The position numbers and the translations under genes were made by a program. Positions 1-4,934 of a stretch of DNA of 5,659 nucleotides are shown here, piece after piece. The stretch spans positions 1 through 5,659 of the IMG/VR virus record IMGVR_UViG_3300008807_000293. One strand, 5' to 3'. The DNA is from a virus. The notes under the pieces were generated by a model. That model saw only the letters and a list, made by a program, of their open reading frames with translations. It had not been told where the DNA came from and made no database searches. Each line of letters starts with the position of its first letter. The first letter of the stretch is position 1.

Positions 1-99
1 GGAAGCTATACGTCAACGTGAATTTTTTGCACGTCGTTATGTAGATGTTTTAGGAAATGTATGGGGTTCAACTGTTAATATTGATGCAGATCAAAGGCC
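1..99. repeat. Left copy of an exact 99-nt terminal direct repeat (identical to 5561-5659). This is the circularisation overlap of a 5560-nt circular genome.
   Basis: Read directly: ggaagctatacgtcaacgtgaatttttt...gcagatcaaaggcc occurs at 1-99 and again at 5561-5659. The capsid reading frame is continuous across the implied junction (offset 5560; frame 0 at the 3' end maps to frame 2 at the 5' end). Confidence 0.95.
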
Positions 100-682
100 A
101 GAATTGTTAATGCATAATAAGAATTGGTTGTCTGGTTATGATGTTGATGGTACAACTGATACAACATTGGGAACTTATAGTGGCAAAGGTGCAAGTGTTG
201 GTTCAATTAATGTTCCTTGGAAATATATACCCGAACATGGTGCAGTTTGGGTTATGGCTTTGTTGCGTTTTCCACCATTGCATTGTAAAGAACGTCATTA
301 TTTGGCAGGAAAATCTGAACCTACTTATGGGCAGATTTCTGGTGACCCTGAATATTATAAAAATCAAGCACCCATTGCTTTGAATATGTCGGAGTATTTT
401 GTTGGTTCTTCGGTCACTGATGCTGGCCAGATTCCTTATGGTCAATGGTATAGAGAGCAACCAAATTTTGTTCATGATCGTTATAAATTAATTGATGGTC
501 ATCCTTTTATAGAAAATAATTTTGATACTGTATATTCAACTAAGTATATTGGTACGACTGAATATGATAATGTTTTTTCTTCGTCACAATTGAAACATTG
601 GCAATCTCAAGGTTATTTGGACGTTCAAGTTAAGCGTTTAGTTCCTGATCCTCGTACTTCGATATTTGCAGGTACGGTATAA
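2..682 (+). CDS. F: Major capsid protein F, C-terminal part. It continues the ORF that starts at 4935. The joined ORF, 4935..5560 plus 1..682, is 1308 nt (435 aa).
   Basis: The frame is open from the window start to TAA at 680-682. The track start at 104 is an internal TTG. Translation ...DADQRPELLMHNKNWLSGYDVDGTTDTTLGTYSGK...IPEHGAVWVMALLRFPP...GQWYREQP... aligns by eye with phiX174 F (...DADNRPLLVMRSNLWASGYDVDGTDQTSLGQFSGR...VPEHGTMFTLALVRFPP...GQWYRYAP...). Confidence 0.93.
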   Translation, partial: EAIRQREFFARRYVDVLGNVWGSTVNIDADQRPELLMHNKNWLSGYDVDGTTDTTLGTYSGKGASVGSINVPWKYIPEHGAVWVMALLRFPPLHCKERHYLAGKSEPTYGQISGDPEYYKNQAPIALNMSEYFVGSSVTDAGQIPYGQWYREQPNFVHDRYKLIDGHPFIENNFDTVYSTKYIGTTEYDNVFSSSQLKHWQSQGYLDVQVKRLVPDPRTSIFAGTV

Positions 683-683
683 T

Positions 684-866
684 ATGATAATGAAACAGAT
701 TGAGGAAAAAGTTTATAATTATATTTATGATACTTCTAAACAAACTTATAGTGATCTCAAAGGAAAAGAATTGGAAAAATATCATTTTGTTCTTTGGGAG
801 TTGATTAAATGTGGCTATATTCAAATTGATCATGAAATTCGTATAAAAAATGAGGTGATAAAATGA
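684..866 (+). CDS. Hypothetical 60-aa protein inserted between capsid F and the G-slot gene. Possible small helical or winged-helix-like protein.
   Basis: ATG at 684 lies 1 nt after the F stop (TAAtATG). The stop TGA at 864-866 overlaps the next gene's ATG (863) as ATGA. The next gene's SD (GAGGTG, 852-857) lies inside its 3' end. The track start at 666 is a TTG inside F and is less likely. Translation: MIMKQIEEKVYNYIYDTSKQTYSDLKGKELEKYHFVLWELIKCGYIQIDHEIRIKNEVIK. I recognise no homolog. Confidence 0.55.
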   Translation: MIMKQIEEKVYNYIYDTSKQTYSDLKGKELEKYHFVLWELIKCGYIQIDHEIRIKNEVIK

Positions 867-1483
867 AACCAGATTTATCTAATAACCCTTTTTATTATAA
901 AAATCCTTCAATATTTACTTTGACTGATACTATAGTTGATGCTATTGATTCAGCTACAACAAATAATAATATTTATCCTTATGCGAATACATCAGTTGTT
1001 TCAGAAGATTTTGCTGAATTAGTTGTCCGCAATAATTCTTCTTCTAATCCAACTTTAACAGCTAATTATCGTATAGCTTATGGTGTTTTTTTGTCAGCAT
1101 TAAATGATAGGAAAGACATTATTTTTCAAGTTAATGGTTCATTTGTAACTTATCGGGATGCATCAGCTTCTATTTATCCTATTATTGGACGGGCTTCTTC
1201 AAATAGTGTAGTTTCATCCTCATCAAGTGTTGAAAATTTATTATCAACATATTCTATTCTTCCTTATAGTAGCGGTTCTTTAGGTGGTTCGCCAAATCAA
1301 TCTATTGCTAGTGTATCAATTGATATTTATAAAAGATTAGATTCGTCTAATACTTATCCTTATTTTTTTGGATGGGTTATTGAGGCAGGTGGTGCACTTT
1401 GTACTTTAGCAACTATAGTGTCTTCAATTTCTGTTAGAGCTTATTCTAATGAGGTTGACCCTTACCGTCCATCTAGAACGTAA
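863..1483 (+). CDS. Putative major spike protein (G-slot gene), 206 aa.
   Basis: SD GAGGTG (852-857) lies 5 nt before the ATG. The position between F and H matches phiX174 gene G. The protein is Ser/Asn/Thr-rich with no long hydrophobic or charged helices, consistent with a beta-rich spike. There is only faint C-terminal resemblance to phiX174 G (YPYFFGWVIE vs VYVGFMVWS). The call is mainly positional. Confidence 0.55.
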   Translation: MKPDLSNNPFYYKNPSIFTLTDTIVDAIDSATTNNNIYPYANTSVVSEDFAELVVRNNSSSNPTLTANYRIAYGVFLSALNDRKDIIFQVNGSFVTYRDASASIYPIIGRASSNSVVSSSSSVENLLSTYSILPYSSGSLGGSPNQSIASVSIDIYKRLDSSNTYPYFFGWVIEAGGALCTLATIVSSISVRAYSNEVDPYRPSRT

Positions 1484-1641
1484 ATGTCACTTTAAGTGCA
1501 TTAAGGTGGTGTGATTTCTTTAAATTTCTTTCTAACATATTCAAGCCTGTAATTAATACTATAGGAAATATTTTTGGTGTTAAGGGTAATGCTACTGCCG
1601 GAGAGGCTATTAATCAAGCTCTATCTAGCCCAGTTGGTTCT

Positions 1642-2322
1642 ATGCTTGCTGGTGCTGTTGGTAGTGCTGTTAGTGGTAAGGTTAATGGTGTCCCTACTCC
1701 AAGCAATGCACAGAGTGGTACTGCTCAAGGTCAGTCACAGCTTGATTTCATGAATACTGCATATCCCGGTACTACTCCTTGGGAACGTTTAGGTAATACT
1801 GGCATGTCTGGTATAGCAAGTTCTGCAATTTCTGCTAATGCTGCGGAAAAGCAACAGTCTCGTCAATTGGCACATGAAAGGCAGATTGAAACTGCTAGGT
1901 TGCTTGTGCAACAAGCGATTGCTACTAAGCAAGCAAAGGCTCAGGTTTTGTCTGCTGGTAGTCCAATGGGTGTTTCTGCCGCCAAGCAACTAGCAAATGC
2001 GTTGGATGATAAGCCAGTTTCTGAGTATGATACTTTTGTTAAGCAAGGACGTGACAAATTACCTTCTGAGATTGATCGAAATAAATCAGAGGAACATAGG
2101 AATTATTACTCTACTCCTTTTAGTGCAGGTTTTAAAATGGGTGAGGATGGTTCAATTGCTCTTAATACGGCATTGTCTATTTTAAGATTAAGTGGTAAAA
2201 TTTCTTCCCCTGAATCTATTGAAGCGCGTAAAAAATATATTAAGTCAATAGATTATGCTAATCATGATGGTCCTTTTACATTGTTAAAAGATGAATATTC
2301 TGGTAAAAAACATAAAAAATGA
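1642..2322 (+). CDS. H: DNA pilot / minor spike protein H, 226 aa from the first ATG. The true start may lie upstream (see findings).
   Basis: The Gly/Ala-rich N-terminus MLAGAVGSAVSGKVNG resembles phiX174 H MFGAIAGGIASALAGG. The motif FMNTAYPGTTPWERLG resembles YLAAAFPELNAWERAG. A Gln/Ala-rich predicted coiled-coil follows (QQSRQLAHERQIETARLLVQQAIATKQAKAQ). No obvious SD lies directly upstream of ATG 1642. Confidence 0.85.
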   Translation: MLAGAVGSAVSGKVNGVPTPSNAQSGTAQGQSQLDFMNTAYPGTTPWERLGNTGMSGIASSAISANAAEKQQSRQLAHERQIETARLLVQQAIATKQAKAQVLSAGSPMGVSAAKQLANALDDKPVSEYDTFVKQGRDKLPSEIDRNKSEEHRNYYSTPFSAGFKMGEDGSIALNTALSILRLSGKISSPESIEARKKYIKSIDYANHDGPFTLLKDEYSGKKHKK

Positions 2323-2329
2323 TTGTTAG

Positions 2330-2354
2330 GGCCGTCTGCTTTTTAGACGGAACC
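2330..2354 (+). terminator. GC-rich stem-loop in the H-A intergenic region. Candidate transcription terminator, mRNA-stabilising hairpin or ssDNA structural signal.
   Basis: CCGTCT (2332-2337) pairs perfectly with AGACGG (2345-2350) around the loop GCTTTTT. GG (2330-2331) can pair with CC (2353-2354) across an AA bulge. It starts 8 nt after the H stop (TGA, 2320-2322). No 3' T-run follows the stem, so it is not a textbook intrinsic terminator. Confidence 0.45.
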
Positions 2355-2364
2355 GGAACGGCTT

Positions 2365-3813
2365 ATGTTATCAGAATTAACCGACCCCGATTTTTCAATT
2401 ACTAATCTATGTCAAATAGACAAAGTATTTCGTTTAAAACACCGTATTAAATCACGTATTGATAATTTGACTGTTCAATCTAAGTTAAGTGATACTTATA
2501 ATGGTTTTCTTTATAATTTAGAGTATAAGCATTTATTTAATAAAGATATTCAAGAACTCTATAATATATATAATCGACTAGATAATAATAACGTTATTTG
2601 CAACAAGACGTATGAAGAATGTTATTCTTTGTATGTTAGGTATCCAAAGACGTTAAAAGAGCATGCTCAATTGTTGTTTGGTGGTCATTATTATAAGGCT
2701 AAGAATGTAAAAGAGCCATGTCCAGAATTAAAACAGTTTTTAATTAATTTAAAAAATAATACGTTAAAGTCTAGGAAATTTGAATCTTTAGCACTATTAC
2801 GAGTTGAGTGTCAATATAGATATAAACAAGGATGGTATTTTGTATTTAATACTCTTACGGTTGATAATAATTATTTATCTGATGTCTTTTCTAATGGGTC
2901 TGCTGTTTGGACTAATTATATAAGGTCAATTGATAGAATGTTTGGAATAAAGAGTTTTGGTGATTGGCGCACTGCTTTAAGGCAGAGAAAATTAGGTAAT
3001 GAATTTCATCAATACTTTGCTGTTGTTGAGCGTGGTGGTGAGACTGGTCGTTTGCATATTCATGTTTTACACATGTTTAAAGATTTGCCAGATCAGTTTG
3101 TTGATCCAAATTATGGGGCTAGGATACCTGTTTCACGTGAAATCGATTATATGAAATCATTTTGGAAATATGGCTATTCTTCTCCCATTGCTGTTAGGTT
3201 TAATTCAAGTGACGCTTATGCTAAGAAGTTTTGGCGATGGCCTGTTGAAAAGATGCCTAAAGTTGGTTATGTTTCTTTAGAAACTTCTGATATTGAACGA
3301 ATGATTAATTACGTTGGTAAATATATTTCTAAGACTTTAGATCAACCAATTAATTCTAAGGAGGTAATCAGATGGAGAATAAGGAAGTCAAGGACAATGT
3401 CAAAACAAGTTCTACAGGTTCTAGTGGACAAGTTGAAAGTAAAGGAGTTGGCACTAGTCATGGTAGTCAATCCAATAGTTTTGAAAATGAGAGGGAAAAT
3501 TCTACCCATAAGAATGTTAAGATTGATGGTTCTAAGAAAATTGATGATATATTGGACGATAACGAATTGCCAGAAATTGTCTCAGTTTCAGGCAAACTTA
3601 ATGCCTCGAGAGAATATTGTAAAGCAGTTCGTAAATATGATAAGTCTAAACATGGACTCCAAGATGCTGAGCATTGGAGATTTGAAAGTTCGCATCTTAA
3701 CAAATTTGGCAGGTTCTAGTTTATTGTTGACAATTAAAGAAGTCAGTGATATGATGTTAGGTGAATTGAAGAATAATTATGTAGTTAAACCTTATAGTGG
3801 AGCCATCATATGA
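2365..3813 (+). CDS. A: Replication initiation protein A (HUH rolling-circle endonuclease), 482 aa.
   Basis: This is the first ATG after an in-frame TAG (2344-2346). HUH motif: GRLHIHVLHMF (His-Ile-His codons at 3055-3063) vs phiX174 GRLHFHAVHFM. Also VDPNYGARIP vs VDPNFGRRVR, WKYGYSSPIAVRF vs WPYGYSMPIAVRY, and the paired catalytic Tyr motif YVGKYISK (Tyr codons at 3310 and 3322) vs YVAKYVNK. GWYFVFNTLTV matches GWFIVFDTLTL. Confidence 0.93.
   Translation: MLSELTDPDFSITNLCQIDKVFRLKHRIKSRIDNLTVQSKLSDTYNGFLYNLEYKHLFNKDIQELYNIYNRLDNNNVICNKTYEECYSLYVRYPKTLKEHAQLLFGGHYYKAKNVKEPCPELKQFLINLKNNTLKSRKFESLALLRVECQYRYKQGWYFVFNTLTVDNNYLSDVFSNGSAVWTNYIRSIDRMFGIKSFGDWRTALRQRKLGNEFHQYFAVVERGGETGRLHIHVLHMFKDLPDQFVDPNYGARIPVSREIDYMKSFWKYGYSSPIAVRFNSSDAYAKKFWRWPVEKMPKVGYVSLETSDIERMINYVGKYISKTLDQPINSKEVIRWRIRKSRTMSKQVLQVLVDKLKVKELALVMVVNPIVLKMRGKILPIRMLRLMVLRKLMIYWTITNCQKLSQFQANLMPRENIVKQFVNMISLNMDSKMLSIGDLKVRILTNLAGSSLLLTIKEVSDMMLGELKNNYVVKPYSGAII
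2575..2604 (+). other. Putative (+)-strand rolling-circle origin inside gene A, with the predicted nick after G2581.
   Basis: CGACTAGATAATAATAACGTTATTTGCAAC matches the phiX174 origin 30-mer as I recall it (CAACTTGATATTAATAACACTATAGACCAC) at 20/30 positions overall. It matches 15/18 in the nick-proximal part. It falls at the homologous place in the protein alignment (RLDNNNVICN vs QLDINNTIDH). Confidence 0.6.
3372..3719 (+). CDS. B: Internal scaffolding protein B, 115 aa, wholly nested in gene A in a different frame.
   Basis: A strong SD AAGGAGGT (3358-3365) lies 6 nt before the ATG. The nested-in-A arrangement is the same as in phiX174. The aromatic C-terminus AEHWRFESSHLNKFGRF resembles phiX174 B AEFYRFHDAEVNTFGYF. 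The internal REYCKAV resembles KSYCSRR. The N-terminal half is polar and acidic. Confidence 0.85.
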   Translation: MENKEVKDNVKTSSTGSSGQVESKGVGTSHGSQSNSFENERENSTHKNVKIDGSKKIDDILDDNELPEIVSVSGKLNASREYCKAVRKYDKSKHGLQDAEHWRFESSHLNKFGRF

Positions 3814-4166
3814 ATGTTATTTTACAATCTTTGCAAAGTTTTATTGATATGGAAGGTATTTGGTCAGAACCCATTAAGTATCGTATTTATTATATTTTGG
3901 GTTTATTAGATGAAAAATTGACTGTAACATCTGATACATTGTTGATTTCTAAAGATGGTTCTTTAGATATTAAATCAAGAGAAGAATTTATTTCTGAATC
4001 TGCTAGTGTAAGATTGACTAGAAATTCATTGAGTAATTTGATTTCTAAAGTTAAAGATGCAAATAATTTTTTGGCAATGCCTGATGCTGATACTGATTTA
4101 ATTTCATCTTCTTTGATCAGTGCTCGTCTTTATTTGTTTTCTATTTTGTTAAGTGAGGTTAAATAA
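3810..4166 (+). CDS. Hypothetical 118-aa protein in the position of phiX174 gene C (DNA maturation / packaging switch). I recognise no sequence similarity.
   Basis: GGAG (3799-3802) lies 7 nt upstream of the ATG. The ATG overlaps the A stop as ATGA (3810-3813). The stop TAA at 4164-4166 is 1 nt before the D start. Tight coupling on both sides argues that it is translated. Confidence 0.6.
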   Translation: MNVILQSLQSFIDMEGIWSEPIKYRIYYILGLLDEKLTVTSDTLLISKDGSLDIKSREEFISESASVRLTRNSLSNLISKVKDANNFLAMPDADTDLISSSLISARLYLFSILLSEVK

Positions 4167-4167
4167 T

Positions 4168-4671
4168 ATGCAATATAAAGTTGCTAGAGGTGCAATGGCG
4201 TTAATTGCTCATCAATGTAAGAATGGTGATTTGGATTCAATGGGTGTTACTTTAGAAGATTTTAAAAAATTGACTTCTCATACACCTTGGTTAGCCCCCG
4301 ATAGAAATCGAATGAATCAAGTATTTAATAGCATTATGTCTGGTACTATGGATGTTGTTGGTGTTCCCCGTTTTCAAATGCCTGCTGAGTATATTGCTGC
4401 TGGTATAGCTATGTTTGTTGCCCCCATAAATATTCATGTTGCATGTCGTTTCATGGAAAGAATTCCGACGGCCGAGAGTTTAGGTCGTGGATTAGATCAA
4501 GCAGATATGTGTACAGCTCAACAGTTATTTAGTTTAGTTGTTCAATTAGTTGCTGATCCTGAAACGTCTCATGCAAAGGTTTTATTTGAACGAAATACGC
4601 AAATGAGAATTGAAAATTCTGCTTTTCATGCTGACGAAAATTCTTCGGTTGAATCTGGAAAACGTAAGTAA
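4168..4671 (+). CDS. D: External scaffolding protein D, 167 aa.
   Basis: TLEDFKKLTSHTPWLAPDRNRMNQVFNSIMSGTMDVVGVPRFQMPAEYIAAGIAMFVAPINIHVACRFMER aligns by eye with phiX174 D LTEDDFDFLTSNKVWIATDRSRARRCVEACVYGTLDFVGYPRFPAPVEFIAAVIAYYVHPVNIQTACLIMEG. I prefer ATG 4168 to the track's GTG 4153, because that GTG is part of the SD (GTGAGGT, 4153-4159) serving ATG 4168. Confidence 0.9.
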   Translation: MQYKVARGAMALIAHQCKNGDLDSMGVTLEDFKKLTSHTPWLAPDRNRMNQVFNSIMSGTMDVVGVPRFQMPAEYIAAGIAMFVAPINIHVACRFMERIPTAESLGRGLDQADMCTAQQLFSLVVQLVADPETSHAKVLFERNTQMRIENSAFHADENSSVESGKRK

Positions 4672-4688
4672 AATAAAGGAGGTGCAAA

Positions 4689-4751
4689 ATGGCAAGACCA
4701 AAAAAACGTAAAGGAATCAGAATCCACTATAAAGGTGGAAACCGATTTTAA
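4689..4751 (+). CDS. J: Small basic DNA-binding / packaging protein J, only 20 aa (MARPKKRKGIRIHYKGGNRF).
   Basis: It is below the ORF-track size cutoff and was found by reading. A strong SD AAGGAGGTG (4676-4684) lies 4 nt before the ATG. The N-terminus is basic. The C-terminus RIHYKGGNRF resembles phiX174 J RLWYVGGQQF. Its position between D and F is as in phiX174. Confidence 0.8.
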   Translation: MARPKKRKGIRIHYKGGNRF

Positions 4752-4759
4752 GGTGTCCT

Positions 4760-4927
4760 ATGGGTAAAGATTTTAAATTTTCTAAAAGATCGTCTCTGAT
4801 TGGGTTCATTGTTGGAACAATTTTATCTGTTTTAAGTCTTTTTGTTCCACAGGTGAAAGATTTTAAAGATGCTTTATCTCAAACAAATGAAAATCCAGTT
4901 TCAGTTGTAGTTGATTCTATTAAGTGA
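4760..4927 (+). CDS. Hypothetical 55-aa single-pass membrane protein. Candidate lysis (amurin-type) or K-like membrane protein.
   Basis: It is below the ORF-track cutoff. SD AAGGTG (4750-4755) lies 4 nt before the ATG. Translation: MGKDFKFSKRSSLIGFIVGTILSVLSLFVPQVKDFKDALSQTNENPVSVVVDSIK. It has a basic N-terminus, about 19 hydrophobic residues, then an acidic/polar tail. The F SD (GAGGTG, 4926-4931) straddles its stop codon (TGA, 4925-4927). It fills what is a non-coding J-F spacer in phiX174. Confidence 0.6.
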   Translation: MGKDFKFSKRSSLIGFIVGTILSVLSLFVPQVKDFKDALSQTNENPVSVVVDSIK

Positions 4928-4934
4928 GGTGATT

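Noticed and set aside
138-383. An 81-aa + strand ORF overlapping the capsid gene in another frame.
   Set aside because: It sits inside the most conserved part of F and has no SD. Its Leu/Val/Phe/Ile-rich translation (with several Cys and Trp) looks like an off-frame artefact.
203-475. Minus-strand ORFs from the track (203..475, 630..833, 1789..1989, 3467..3703).
   Set aside because: Each lies antisense to a well-supported + strand gene (F, F/orf60, H, A/B). Known microviruses express genes from one strand only. The translations are low-complexity, as expected from antisense reading of AT-rich codons. I saw no SD support for any of them.
104-682. The track ORF as an independent 192-aa gene starting at 104.
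   Set aside because: The start at 104 is an internal TTG (Leu) of the capsid gene. The frame is open back to position 2 and joins the ORF from 4935 across the circular junction.
666-683. The TTG 666 start for the small F-G ORF, and the GTG 4153 start for D.
   Set aside because: TTG 666 lies inside F. GTG 4153 is itself part of the SD for ATG 4168. The downstream ATGs (684 and 4168) sit 1 nt after the preceding stop codons, which fits the coupling pattern of the genome.
1484-1495. A 3-codon ORF (ATG TCA CTT TAA) directly after the G-slot stop, and a 13-codon GTG ORF at 1511-1552.
   Set aside because: Both are too short. The GTG abuts the SD-like sequence with essentially no spacing. I mention them only in connection with the G-H gap finding.
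2281-2309. A sigma70-like promoter match, TTGTTA-17 nt-TAAAAA, at the end of H upstream of gene A.
   Set aside because: Hexamers like these occur by chance very often in AT-rich sequence. The -10 element is weak, and the hairpin lies between it and the A start. I cannot support it without transcript mapping.
4316-4408. A hydrophobic +1-frame stretch inside D (IKYLIALCLVLWMLLVFPVFKCLLSILLLV, with ATG at 4352) at the position of phiX174 gene E, plus a 10-codon MVIWIQWVLL mini-ORF at 4223.
   Set aside because: Both are cut short by stops (TAG at 4406-4408; TAG after 10 codons). That gives 18 and 10 aa from their ATGs, too short for a membrane-spanning lysis protein. I use them only as evidence that no intact E gene exists. 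A sequencing error at the TAG would change this.
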